Translations under genes and position numbers: made by a program
The notes under the pieces: model-generated
Seen by the model: the letters and a program-made list of their open reading frames with translations, nothing else
What the model was told of the DNA's origin: nothing
Databases searched by the model: none
Part shown: in pieces, positions 10,189 through 19,721 of the stretch
Position numbering within the stretch: position 1 is the first letter of the stretch
Layout of the letters: each line of letters starts with the position of its first letter
Source: a virus
Taxonomy: Duplodnaviria; Caudoviricetes
Length of the DNA stretch: 64,000 nt
IMG/VR virus record: IMGVR_UViG_2922690425_000004
Coordinates: 64,001 to 128,000 of that record
Direction: 5' to 3' (one strand)

Positions 10189-10518
10189 ATGCACAATACG
10201 GAGAAAATGATTGAATTAAAAAATACTCTCGAAGGTCTATATGAACTAAAACAGGTGTATGACGGTGAAGGGTTAGCTTATCAGTTAAGGAAGGTAAATA
10301 AAGAAATTAAAAAGAATGAAGACGAGCTTTTAGAAGAGTTATCTGTTAAGTGGAACGCTTTTAACGAAGGTGAAAGGATAGAAATATTTGTGAAAGAATT
10401 ATTTTCAAATCAGACAGCAAAAAAATATTCTGTGTTAAGATGGGAAGAATTATCTTCCAGAGTTAAAAATGTGCTATTGCATTCTGAGATACGTGGCTAC
10501 TTAAATCAGTTAAAATGA
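10189..10518 (+). CDS. Hypothetical protein
   Basis: AAGGAG RBS; stop within site 10511. Confidence 0.7.
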   Translation: MHNTEKMIELKNTLEGLYELKQVYDGEGLAYQLRKVNKEIKKNEDELLEELSVKWNAFNEGERIEIFVKELFSNQTAKKYSVLRWEELSSRVKNVLLHSEIRGYLNQLK

Positions 10519-10543
10519 ATATTTTATAAGGAGAGATCGAAAC

Positions 10544-10720
10544 ATGGAACTAATTTTCAGAGAAAAAGTAATGATCTACAATCTGTTGAGCGAAAGATAT
10601 CACGAATTAAAAAACAAACCAGAATCAAGAGATGAGAATACATTTCAAGAATTAGAGGACATGTACATTAAGTTTGGTGCTCACTTAGAAAAAGAGTACG
10701 GAAAAGATTGGTGGAAGTAG
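10544..10720 (+). CDS. Small hypothetical protein (58 aa, not in ORF track)
   Basis: AAGGAG RBS; fills the interval between sites 10511 and 10722. Confidence 0.65.
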   Translation: MELIFREKVMIYNLLSERYHELKNKPESRDENTFQELEDMYIKFGAHLEKEYGKDWWK

Positions 10721-10745
10721 ATAAAAAGATTATTTTATTTTCATT

Positions 10746-11102
10746 GTGCTGGAGGTGAATTCATTGAAAGCAAAAGTGTTTGTAGACGAAGGTATGGAAT
10801 TGAGTCCAGAACAAAAGATGATTCTCGATAGTAAGTACGAATCCTATTTAACATTTGCTGTCCCCTTGTTAGTTAATTTTGAAGATCTAGTTGAACTAGA
10901 TCACAATTTTGACCCTACTGAAACGCTAGATTATGTCTTTGCCTGTTCCAATGTGAAGTTTTTGAATTTCACTATGCTTAGGTTAGCAAAAGAAGCGGGA
11001 AGACAGATTGCTAATAGTCGATTTGTTAATATGAAGTCTACGATAGGCGTTTTTGCTTTTGCGCATGATGAACTAAATAATCAATGGAAATTAGTGAATT
11101 AG
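10746..11102 (+). CDS. Hypothetical protein
   Basis: GGAGGTG RBS (true start probably TTG 10764). Confidence 0.7.
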   Translation: MLEVNSLKAKVFVDEGMELSPEQKMILDSKYESYLTFAVPLLVNFEDLVELDHNFDPTETLDYVFACSNVKFLNFTMLRLAKEAGRQIANSRFVNMKSTIGVFAFAHDELNNQWKLVN

Positions 11103-11325
11103 CATAGAATAAACATTGATTAAAAGGAGTGGAAATTACAATGAGTTTCTCCAAGTGGATTGAAAAAAATTATAGTTGTTCTCATACACAATTGGTGTAC
11201 CTGTATGGAAACAAATATGTAAGAGAGCTTGAGGGAACATACGGTGAATTTTGTAAAGCGAATGGTATCAAACCAGAGATTGATTAAAAAAACATGGTAT
11301 AAGATAAAAAAAATTTCATGAGGAG

Positions 11326-11568
11326 ATGTGCTTTATGGGAAAGGATTTTTTGAGTTACGAGGAACAATTCAAAGAGGTTCTAAATATTGAAGAAATAGAT
11401 CGTATTGAAAATAGGGAACTTAGAGAAATTAGAATGAAGTACTGGCGATTACAGCGTGATGCATTCCTTGATGAAAATAATATATCAGATCAAGAATTAA
11501 ATAAAGTTTCACAAGAATTAACACGTAAAGAGATGGAAGAGATACAACGATTCAGAAACAAAAAGTGA
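11326..11568 (+). CDS. Hypothetical protein
   Basis: GAGGAG RBS. Confidence 0.7.
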   Translation: MCFMGKDFLSYEEQFKEVLNIEEIDRIENRELREIRMKYWRLQRDAFLDENNISDQELNKVSQELTRKEMEEIQRFRNKK

Positions 11569-11601
11569 GTAAGCTTATGAAAGGATTCTTTTATAAGGGA
11601 G

Positions 11602-11820
11602 TTGGAGTTTTTAATGACTGTGAATCAAGATTTAGTTGATCAAATTGAGAGTAGTTTTTCTGATATACATTGTTCTGAACCAACTGAAGAACAGATTGAA
11701 AATATAATAAGCTTGATTCCTCAGAGAATCAAGTTACTGGCTGAAGAATGGGGCTGGAATGATACTGAAGTAAGAGACTTTATCTTTGTTTTGATAAGAG
11801 ATAGAAAAGCCGACTATTAA
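11602..11820 (+). CDS. Hypothetical protein
   Basis: Between sites 11578 and 11846. Confidence 0.65.
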   Translation: MEFLMTVNQDLVDQIESSFSDIHCSEPTEEQIENIISLIPQRIKLLAEEWGWNDTEVRDFIFVLIRDRKADY

Positions 11821-11893
11821 TTCGATGGAATTCGGCTGATTGGAATAAAAGAAGTATTTGATAACAAAAAAAGAAGCGACCAAAAGTCGCAAC

Positions 11894-12148
11894 TTAATCA
11901 AAGTATTTATTAGCAAAAATAATTGCTATACCAATCGCTAAGAAAATAAAAGCAAATGGAATAGACACAGTGTAGTCATTTAATGCTTGAACTAAATCTT
12001 TATTAAGCGAATTGCTAATCTGAGAACCCATAAATTCTCGTGTATCTGGAGTAACCCTTAGCAGATGTTTGATGAAGTATGCATAAATAGCATAAACGAA
12101 GGATAGTGCGCTTAATCCATAACCCAAATTTTTGATTTTTACTACCAT
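11894..12148 (-). CDS. Small membrane protein (2 TM), inverted moron
   Basis: Two hydrophobic segments; AAAGGA RBS; downstream hairpin GCGAC..GTCGC. Confidence 0.7.
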   Translation of the reverse strand: MVVKIKNLGYGLSALSFVYAIYAYFIKHLLRVTPDTREFMGSQISNSLNKDLVQALNDYTVSIPFAFIFLAIGIAIIFANKYFD

Positions 12149-12249
12149 TCTTATTTTCCTTTCTCAATTTAAGATTAATTTAATTATACTAATCTATTTG
12201 TATGATATGCAAATACTGGAATGTAATCAAGTAAGAAGGAGCGAAGATT

Positions 12250-12645
12250 ATGAAGACTAGGGTTTTTACATGTTCTAACGGGACAGAGTTAATTGTTAAA
12301 CATCGAAAATCAGCAGTGATTTTTGAAATGAATCAAAACCAAATAAATAATAAATATAATGTTACATATAAGTTTGAACTTAAGGATTTCGTAGAGTTGT
12401 ATAACTACATTAATATGATTGCGAATGAAGCTTGGAGTAATCTATCTCCCAAGGGAGCTGACAGTTTAGGATCAGACTATTACGAATATTATGACAAAGA
12501 ACTTGACACTAATGGCTATCTTCGTATTCGAAAAAACACAATTAGTATAGATAGACCAGCATTAAATGGGCAGAAACTTTATCAATTCAATAAGAAAAAA
12601 ATGGAGTCATTTATTTATGACTTTGAAAAGCTTGTTAAGAGTTAG
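12250..12645 (+). CDS. Hypothetical protein
   Basis: AAGGAG RBS. Confidence 0.75.
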   Translation: MKTRVFTCSNGTELIVKHRKSAVIFEMNQNQINNKYNVTYKFELKDFVELYNYINMIANEAWSNLSPKGADSLGSDYYEYYDKELDTNGYLRIRKNTISIDRPALNGQKLYQFNKKKMESFIYDFEKLVKS

Positions 12646-12891
12646 TGTCATCAGCAATAGGGAAATGTTACAGATAAAATAAGTCTTTTAATAACAATAA
12701 TGCACATAACAACGGAGGAATAAATATGTTTACAGTAACCAATACAGAAACGAAGAAATACCTTAGAGCAGATTGGGAAGCTGAGCGCGGTCAACTATAT
12801 ACGCATGACGTTGATCTAGCTGTCAAGTTTGAAAGTTGGCATGATGCTGAAGATATTACTGAAGCAACAGAACAAGTAGTACCTCTGTCTA

Positions 12892-13101
12892 ATGATTAAA
12901 AATATAATAAAAGGAGAATTTGAGATGGATACATACATGATAGTTGTAGATGGAAAAGTAAAAGAAGAAATCGAAACCGCTGGACGTTCCAAGGAAGCAA
13001 TGAGTTTTGTGTTGATTGATCGTTTCTATCACTGGAGTGGTTTTTCTGCTAATGTGAACATCTATAGTTCTTTAACGGGGAGTGAGTATCATTATGTTTA
13101 A
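12892..13101 (+). CDS. Hypothetical protein
   Basis: AAGGAG RBS before internal MDTY. Confidence 0.6.
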   Translation: MIKNIIKGEFEMDTYMIVVDGKVKEEIETAGRSKEAMSFVLIDRFYHWSGFSANVNIYSSLTGSEYHYV

Positions 13102-13383
13102 AGCTGGGGCATTAAAAAACAATAAGCTGTGTGTTAGAAATAATCAGGGCAAGTGGATTGAATTACATGAAGCAGCGAAACAATATGAACAACATAGAAT
13201 ATTGAAACATACATAATAAAGATAACGGTAATGTGGTCTTTTTAATAAACAAAAATAATTAATATATTGAGTATAGCGTCGTAATATGTTATGATTTATT
13301 TATCGATAGGCAAACATTGTAAAGAAACTAGTAAAATAGTATTGTAGAATAAGAGAATTCAAAAGAAAAGGGAAGTGTGAAAT

Positions 13384-13638
13384 GTGGAAAATGAATGGAA
13401 ATACTTAAGCGAACCTACTAAAACGATTCTGGAACGAATTGATATAAATCGTAAGAGCGCGGAAGTGCCAATTGGACATACGATTAGTATCCCCCATTTT
13501 AATGGAGTTTTAACTAAGGAAATTGCAAAAGAAATTATTGAATATCAACATTCTAAAGAAAATGAAGGATATTTTTCAGCTTCACTTGAAGATGATCTGT
13601 TAAAGATCAACTTTATAAAACAAGCATTAAATTTTTAA
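13384..13638 (+). CDS. Hypothetical protein
   Basis: 84-aa ORF after promoter and operator at ~13248. Confidence 0.65.
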   Translation: MENEWKYLSEPTKTILERIDINRKSAEVPIGHTISIPHFNGVLTKEIAKEIIEYQHSKENEGYFSASLEDDLLKINFIKQALNF

Positions 13639-13680
13639 TTAAAAGGTTTATTTTATTCATAAAATGAAGGGAGTAACAAT

Positions 13681-13920
13681 ATGAATGCACAGGATAAGGT
13701 TCTGGAGGGGTTTGCTAGAATGTCAATGGCATCTTATGACGCAAAAGAAGCCATTGAAAAACTCGAAAAGGCTCAAGATCACTACAAGGATATGAAGGTT
13801 GAAGAATGCGTTCAAAATATATTAAGCTTACTAAAAGAAAATAAAAAACTAACAGAAAGAGATATGATACTATTAATTGGAACTTTAGCAACTGACATTA
13901 AAGAGATTTACGTGAAATAA
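13681..13920 (+). CDS. Hypothetical protein
   Basis: Between sites 13640 and 13913. Confidence 0.7.
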   Translation: MNAQDKVLEGFARMSMASYDAKEAIEKLEKAQDHYKDMKVEECVQNILSLLKENKKLTERDMILLIGTLATDIKEIYVK

Positions 13921-13943
13921 CTATTTGATAGGAAGTGTGAACC

Positions 13944-14150
13944 ATGAAAAAATCAGTATTATGTTCTATCATTATCGTTTTTCACAAGTTAATTAACATT
14001 GAATTTGTAAAAGAGGGCGATGATTTATGGGCAATTGAATATAATTATAAAATTTTTTCGATGCCAGATAAAATTATAGCAAAATGGAAGGTTAAACAAG
14101 GTTCTTTTGTTTATCGCAAATTAATGCAAACACAGGCTCATGTAAAATGA
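13944..14150 (+). CDS. Hypothetical protein
   Basis: Between sites 13913 and 14143. Confidence 0.6.
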   Translation: MKKSVLCSIIIVFHKLINIEFVKEGDDLWAIEYNYKIFSMPDKIIAKWKVKQGSFVYRKLMQTQAHVK

Positions 14151-14191
14151 CTGTTTTACCTTGAAAATATTTTAAGGAAAGAGGTACTCAT

Positions 14192-14557
14192 ATGTCTGAA
14201 GCACCTTACGGATATCATATTTTAAATGGAGAAATGGTTGCACATCCATTTGAATCGAAAGTTGTTAGATTAACCTATGGACTGTCACAGATTGGACTCG
14301 AATCTAGTGATATTCAGTATCTGTTGGAAGAGTTTAAAGTTCCAAAACGTGGTGAAGATTATAACTACGATATCGACGGGAATTTACATGAAATATACGT
14401 TGCTGGAGCCAAGCTTCTTATTGATTTAATTCAAGAAAAAATCGATAATGAAATAGTTTATTTGCCCGTTGATAAAGAAAAGACACATCCAATCGTATTA
14501 GTTACTAGTTTAGCACATATTTTTAATAGATTTAGAGATTCGGATGAAACTCTGTGA
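14192..14557 (+). CDS. Protein with N-terminus resembling the large-serine-recombinase 'recombinase' DNA-binding domain
   Basis: APYGY..NG.MV..P.E..VVR. Confidence 0.5.
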   Translation: MSEAPYGYHILNGEMVAHPFESKVVRLTYGLSQIGLESSDIQYLLEEFKVPKRGEDYNYDIDGNLHEIYVAGAKLLIDLIQEKIDNEIVYLPVDKEKTHPIVLVTSLAHIFNRFRDSDETL

Positions 14558-14927
14558 ACTGGCTGTTTTAAAGGAGACGAGTAACTCTGTGGATATAAAT
14601 AAAATACAACTAGGGCACACCTACCAAATTAATAATGTTAGCAAGAACAACGGAAGAAAATGCATTGTTCTTGAGACTGTAGATAACAACAAAGCAAAAA
14701 TTAAATTTGTGGACAATAGAAGAATCGGAAAAGTGTCATTATATAATCTGGAAGAAGTACCTAAAGTAATGACAAGAGAAGAAAAAGTTACTCAAATGCA
14801 GCACAAGAAACTCGAAATAAATATGCTAATTGCAGAAGAGTATGAAAAAATCAAACTAATTGAAAAACGAATCGAGGAATATAGAATCGAACTCTTGCGT
14901 TGTGAAAATGAATTAACTAAGTTATAG
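14544..14927 (+). CDS. SH3-like domain plus coiled-coil protein
   Basis: GRKCIVL..KAKIKFVDNRRIGKV shared with 48266..48583. Confidence 0.6.
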   Translation: MKLCELAVLKETSNSVDINKIQLGHTYQINNVSKNNGRKCIVLETVDNNKAKIKFVDNRRIGKVSLYNLEEVPKVMTREEKVTQMQHKKLEINMLIAEEYEKIKLIEKRIEEYRIELLRCENELTKL

Positions 14928-14984
14928 TCGTCATCCCAACACATGTTCGGTAAAAGATGTGTTTCACAGGGAAGGAGCATAGCT

Positions 14985-15350
14985 GTGACTGATAAGATTG
15001 ACCTGTATGTTGACGATCTTAGAGACTGTCCAGATGGCTTTGTGGTGGCTCGTACATACTATGAAGCAATACATATCCTTGAAACCAAAAGTGTCGGCAT
15101 TCTTACGTTAGACCATGATTTGGGAGAGGACGTAGATGGTAAAGAACTGCCTAACGGATATGACTTGGTGAAGTACTTCTGTGAACATGGATTGAGGGCT
15201 GATAAGATATATTTACATACAGACAACCCTGTGGGACGCAAGAACATGCATGAAACGTTGTTAGCTGCTCAGCGGAGAGGTTTTATCGATGAGGATATTG
15301 AGATATATCATTATCCTATAACGGTGAACAAGTATTCTGGTAGCTGGTAA
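14985..15350 (+). CDS. Cyclic-phosphate-processing receiver-like domain protein
   Basis: LYVDDLR.CP, LDHDLG, GYD, HTDNPVGR motifs; GTG start after AAGGAG. Confidence 0.8.
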   Translation: MTDKIDLYVDDLRDCPDGFVVARTYYEAIHILETKSVGILTLDHDLGEDVDGKELPNGYDLVKYFCEHGLRADKIYLHTDNPVGRKNMHETLLAAQRRGFIDEDIEIYHYPITVNKYSGSW

Positions 15351-15388
15351 AAGGCATGTTTCATAATGGAGAGGAGACCCAGAATAAA

Positions 15389-16543
15389 ATGAAATTAAAG
15401 GTTCAGTTCACAAACGAGCTACCATTTATGATTCAACTTCCAAATGGAGATTATTCAGTAAGAACGAGACTAAACCCAACAGAAGAGAAAGATTTTATCC
15501 TAAAATTAAGTGATGATGTTTTCAGAGTACATATTAATCCTTTTGGTAGCAAAAAGTCTGCCATGTGTATCGAAGGTGAGAGAGCGGAATTGGAAAGTTA
15601 CATAATCAATAATCGTATTCCAAATTATGCTTTCGAACCTTGTAAAAGTTATATTAGTTGTACAATTGAGGAGGAACTAGAATTAAAAGATGAACTGTAT
15701 TTAAATGTCACGAACGACGACTTGATTGATAAAATTAAATCAAAAATGATAAGAGAAGGAATTAAATATACTGATACCATTGATTTAACTAGAATGGCGA
15801 CAACAGAATTTGGCACCTACAATACAGATCAGGTTTTAGAAGAAAAAATAGATTACGTTGTTAATAGGAGATTGAATGAACTTAGCAGATTAGTTTATCC
15901 CTATCATAATGCTTTAAATCAATTCATAAAACAATATTCTTATCTGCGAAATGATTTTTTTGTCGAAACTACAACTATGCATACTCTTAAGGGGACGACA
16001 TCGAGACAGTTTGTCGATGGTTATTATTATGATTCTATTAAGCATGCTGGAAAAGCACCTAGCATGATGCCATATCAAAAATGGTTACCAGAGATCGATA
16101 GTAATCATGTTGAAACATTAAAAGAAAGACTTATAAATGGTTTCGATATTCCACCTACTAAAGATTTGATTATAATGGCTCGCAATCTTGCTGAAAGAGG
16201 AGAGTACCGTTCAGCAATCATTAATAGTTCCGCAGCTCTTGAGGTTGCTGTAGAACAAAAAATCATTGAGAAAATGTATTTGAATGGAAACACGCAAGCG
16301 GAAATTGATACTTTCTTAGACAGCACAAAGACTAATTTTTATAGGAGATGCGACAGACAATTGAATGAGAAGGCAGGGCAATCACTGGTACGAAACAATC
16401 CTACTCTTTGGACAAACATTAATTCCCACAGGAATAGATACCGTCATAAGATTGCTCATTCTTCGCTCATGCCCAATGCGAGGGATACCGAGAAAGTAAT
16501 TAACGATTTTGAGATAGCCGTAAACTGGGTAGAAGCTTTATAA
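15389..16543 (+). CDS. HEPN-domain protein (ApeA-like, putative RNase/defence effector)
   Basis: C-terminal YRSAII...ALEV and R-x4-H motif RHKIAH. Confidence 0.6.
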   Translation: MKLKVQFTNELPFMIQLPNGDYSVRTRLNPTEEKDFILKLSDDVFRVHINPFGSKKSAMCIEGERAELESYIINNRIPNYAFEPCKSYISCTIEEELELKDELYLNVTNDDLIDKIKSKMIREGIKYTDTIDLTRMATTEFGTYNTDQVLEEKIDYVVNRRLNELSRLVYPYHNALNQFIKQYSYLRNDFFVETTTMHTLKGTTSRQFVDGYYYDSIKHAGKAPSMMPYQKWLPEIDSNHVETLKERLINGFDIPPTKDLIIMARNLAERGEYRSAIINSSAALEVAVEQKIIEKMYLNGNTQAEIDTFLDSTKTNFYRRCDRQLNEKAGQSLVRNNPTLWTNINSHRNRYRHKIAHSSLMPNARDTEKVINDFEIAVNWVEAL

Positions 16544-16597
16544 AATGCAAGTTTGATTAGTCCAATATTAATGCGAATAGTAAAGGAGTATTAATTC

Positions 16598-16873
16598 ATG
16601 AAGGCTATGGCAATCGTAAGATCGTCTATCGAATGGAGCATAGACGAACAGCAAAATAAAATAAATCAGTATGCAATATCAGAAGGTATCAATCTTGTTC
16701 ACATTGTTGTAGTAGCGAGTGATGTAGATTTAGAATTAGCTACCAATAATCTATCAGAAGTTGACGCTGTTATTGTGACCGACGTAACCCGAATTAGTAG
16801 AAACAAAGAAACCTTAGACATGTTCAAAGAACAACTTAGACATAATGATACGCAATTGGTGATACTCTCTTGA
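16598..16873 (+). CDS. Stand-alone short serine-recombinase catalytic-like domain
   Basis: AIVRSS..IDEQ...DAVIVTDVTRISRN; no DNA-binding domain. Confidence 0.65.
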   Translation: MKAMAIVRSSIEWSIDEQQNKINQYAISEGINLVHIVVVASDVDLELATNNLSEVDAVIVTDVTRISRNKETLDMFKEQLRHNDTQLVILS

Positions 16874-16907
16874 TCTTTATATCTTAAGCGGAAGGGAGAA
16901 AAATGGG

Positions 16908-17186
16908 TTGGTATCAAATAGACTAATAGATAACTTAAAATCTAAACAAAATAAATGGAGCTATAACCAACGCATATGGGTAAGAGGTGCGAGTATTGGA
17001 TGGATAAAAGGTTATTGTGATGTTAAGGACAAATATGTAGTAGAAAGAATGGTAAATGGAAAATTAGTAGTAAGATTGTATATGTCTGAAAATATTTTAG
17101 AGTATGAGCCTTGGGACGAAGAGAAAAAGAAGCAACATAAGAAGCATGTAGAATGTATAAAAAGACAAAAGTTTATAGAAGATTAA
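16908..17186 (+). CDS. Hypothetical protein
   Basis: AAGGGAG RBS. Confidence 0.6.
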   Translation: MVSNRLIDNLKSKQNKWSYNQRIWVRGASIGWIKGYCDVKDKYVVERMVNGKLVVRLYMSENILEYEPWDEEKKKQHKKHVECIKRQKFIED

Positions 17187-17549
17187 TTTAGATATTTATG
17201 GATGGCAGTTGAAATGTAGTTTTAATTAAAAAGATAGGTGAAATGCAGAATGTATTGTGAGAAGTGTGGTAAGAAACTAGAGGATGTGTTGGAACACGTT
17301 AAGCACATCCTCCATGAGTGCAATGGATAAAATACATACAAGTAAGGGGAAGCAGCAATAGTGGACGAGAAGGCAAGAGAAGCACTTAGGAAGGCTGTAT
17401 ATCTAATTGGTATTGGGGAAGGGTTGAAGGCAAGCGAATTGCTGATTGATCTCTGCTGAATCAACCTCTGAACGATGCAGCTAAATAACCGCACCACAAA
17501 GTTTGTTTTATAGTGAGTAAAATATAATTTTTATTAAAAAGCCTGCCAA

Positions 17550-18071
17550 TTAAATGGCAGGTTCTTCTTTGTGTGCAATGTTTTTTGGAAACCCTAATTG
17601 TTCGGCTCTGTGTATAATTTTAATTAATGTGTCTAAATCCTCGCTAGCGATAGGTCTTTCTTTCCTGCCATCACTAATTTCGATTTTCAACTCATTTATT
17701 TTATTTGTTTGCATTCGAATTGTTTCCTGCATATTCAGAAATTCCAATCGCAAGTTATTTAGTGCGTCGATTGCTTTATCTATTTCTGTCATATAATTTA
17801 TGTCTTCTTTCATAGCTGTGTTGGTATTTGTATTTCTTATTTTTGTATTTGTCTTATTATTCATTCTTTCTTCTTTAGCTGCTTTTATTTCATTCCTATA
17901 GTTATGTCTCAAAGCACTGTTCCAGCGAAAACCACATGCTGCCGCTGTACGATTTAGTTCTCTCCCAACCTCCTGAAATGCAGTTAATTGAGTTTTGTTA
18001 CTGCTTATATAGTTAATCACTGTTTTAGCTAGCAGATCGTCATCGGATCGAGACCAAGCGTCTTGTCGCAT
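17550..18071 (-). CDS. RsfA/YlbO-family transcriptional regulator
   Basis: MRQDAWS..DD.LLA..V..YI...QL.AF.EVG..LNRTAAACGFRWNS signature. Confidence 0.9.
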   Translation of the reverse strand: MRQDAWSRSDDDLLAKTVINYISSNKTQLTAFQEVGRELNRTAAACGFRWNSALRHNYRNEIKAAKEERMNNKTNTKIRNTNTNTAMKEDINYMTEIDKAIDALNNLRLEFLNMQETIRMQTNKINELKIEISDGRKERPIASEDLDTLIKIIHRAEQLGFPKNIAHKEEPAI

Positions 18072-18144
18072 CTATATTCCTCCCTGAAGATATCCTTAAT
18101 GCTATGTATATCCAGTTGTCAATAGTATTATGCACTTAGGCACG

Positions 18145-18222
18145 GAAATATTCGTATGATACGAAAAAAACTTGACAGAACAAACGTTCCATCTTGTATT
18201 TAATTATTTTTGTTAGTATAAT
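18145..18222. promoter_or_regulatory. Divergent control region: palindrome, LexA box, operator, SigA promoter
   Basis: TTCGTATGATACGAA 18151-18165; TTGACA 18172; GAAC-AAAC-GTTC 18178-18189; reverse operator 18199-18214; TTGTAT-17-TATAAT 18194-18222. Confidence 0.7.
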
Positions 18223-18319
18223 TACATATAGAAAGAGCAAGATAAGTTTAGAAAAGTACATAATAGAATTTAAAACTAGTAGCAAAAATAAAAATAAGAT
18301 GAGAAGTAAACAATAGTTA

Positions 18320-18706
18320 ATGAGGAGTGATTACATAGTGGCGGTAGCAATGGATCGAATGACAAAAGAAATTAAACGCTTGGATATGTGGAATGTACAT
18401 TTAGGGAGCAATAAAGGGAGCGTACAAAGTGGTGAAAGACCTTGTGTGGTGATTGGTAACAATATGGGAAACAAGTATTCTCCAGTAGTTATAGTGGCTC
18501 CTGTAACATCACGTGTAAAAAAAGAAATGCCTACTCATGTAAAAGTAAGTGGAACAGACACAGGACTATATAGCGATAGCATCATTTTGCTGGAACAAAT
18601 TATGACTATATCCAAAGATCAATTAGATTTTAAAATTACCGAACTTCCAGATAAGTATAGTCATGAAATTGTGGATGCATTATCAGTTTCATTGGCAATG
18701 AGATAA
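18320..18706 (+). CDS. mazF: PemK/MazF-family endoribonuclease (no adjacent antitoxin seen)
   Basis: GSVQSGERPCVVIGNNMGNKYSPVVIVAPVTS, SIILLEQI.TI.K. Confidence 0.88.
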   Translation: MRSDYIVAVAMDRMTKEIKRLDMWNVHLGSNKGSVQSGERPCVVIGNNMGNKYSPVVIVAPVTSRVKKEMPTHVKVSGTDTGLYSDSIILLEQIMTISKDQLDFKITELPDKYSHEIVDALSVSLAMR

Positions 18707-18733
18707 AGAAACGGGAAACTAATCCCGTTTCTC
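18706..18733. terminator. Bidirectional terminator between convergent genes
   Basis: AGAAACGGGA..TCCCGTTTCT hairpin. Confidence 0.6.
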
Positions 18734-18940
18734 TTCTTTATGTAAAAGGATTATCTCATCAAGATCTATATCCAAGACTTCGCAAATAGTAGCCAAGTTG
18801 TCGAAAGATAGTTGTTTTGCAGTGTTATTGCATAGGCTATTTATTGTTGCAGGTCTAATGCCAGTTCTGCGCGCCAACTCCCTATTACTAATACCCTTTC
18901 TATCTAATATATGAGAGAGTGTAATTTCAAACCACCACAT
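18719..18940 (-). CDS. XRE/Cro-like HTH regulator (HTH_26 type)
   Basis: ISNRELARRTGIRPATINSLCNN..KQLSFDNL..IC. Confidence 0.88.
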   Translation of the reverse strand: MWWFEITLSHILDRKGISNRELARRTGIRPATINSLCNNTAKQLSFDNLATICEVLDIDLDEIILLHKEEKRD

Positions 18941-18958
18941 ATTTCACCAAAAAAGCAG

Positions 18959-19019
18959 TTGACATGTAAAATAACCCCTTTTATAATAAATTAAGAGCAA
19001 GTGGAACGAATTTCGTTCC
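18959..19019 (+). promoter_or_regulatory. SigA promoter with downstream palindromic operator
   Basis: TTGACA 18959-17 bp-TATAAT 18982; GGAACGAATTTCGTTCC 19003-19019. Confidence 0.7.
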
Positions 19020-19123
19020 ATAAAGAAGACATAACAAAATCTCCCTACTTTTGTAGAGGGAGTAATTTGTCATTTTATTCTATCAGATTAACGGCATAAT
19101 AGACAACATCATGGAGAGCAGCT

Positions 19124-19339
19124 ATGAAAAATAAAAGATTTTGTTTAATGAAGCTAACCGAGTATGACAGAGAACATAAACTCGAAACTTGGGTATTTAC
19201 GAACACAAATGCCGATAGCGAGCACACACTAAGCAATTTTATGGCAAATGGGTTCCGTATATGGGATTCTAAGAAAAACCGGGTAGTGAGAACGAACCTT
19301 GATATTGACAAATGGTTACATGTTCACCAAAAGGAGTGA
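19124..19339 (+). CDS. Hypothetical protein
   Basis: GGAG RBS. Confidence 0.6.
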   Translation: MKNKRFCLMKLTEYDREHKLETWVFTNTNADSEHTLSNFMANGFRIWDSKKNRVVRTNLDIDKWLHVHQKE

Positions 19340-19721
19340 AATGATGGGTCAAGTCATAACAGATTTAATGATAAAAACATCATATGATTACGCAAAAAGA
19401 GTATTTCATAATCAGATTGAATTAAATCATGCACTTAACGACATTGTATCTCTATCCGGTATGTATAGAGGGTTAGCTTTAGCTTACATTTCAGCCTTCA
19501 GATCAATGATAGAAGGAAAAGTTTATAAGATTGCAATAAAGACAGAAGCGACAATGTATTTTCTTGTCCATATTCACAAAGATTACGGCGCTTTATGTTT
19601 TAGCAAAGCTCTAGAGTCTGTAGATCTACATATAGATTATTACAAAAATATTAAAGGTATAAAATTAAATAAAATAAAGGAAATTGTTGAAGATTTAAAA
19701 GATAAGGAGGTTCTTGCATGA
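19321..19721 (+). CDS. Hypothetical protein (start within ORF 19299..19721, approximate)
   Basis: AAGGAG RBS before MMGQV. Confidence 0.6.

Larger units (their letters stand above)
116..17533. repeat. Dispersed palindromic sites TAAAA-N6-TTTTA, array 1
   Basis: Perfect copies start at 116, 594, 1140, 2590, 3374, 4967, 5783, 6729, 8972, 9293, 10511, 10722, 12675, 13640, 14143, 17518; 1-2 mismatch copies at 912, 5360, 7920, 8310, 9660, 11578, 11846, 13913, 14555, 14951, 15348, 16541, 17210; all at gene junctions. Confidence 0.92.

Noticed and set aside
18320-18940. Classical type II toxin-antitoxin operon (MazF + HTH)
   Set aside because: The genes are convergent with a terminator between them, and the HTH is XRE-type rather than MazE-like.
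19003-19019. LexA box
   Set aside because: GAAC and GTTC are 7 bp apart, not 4; treated as a different operator.
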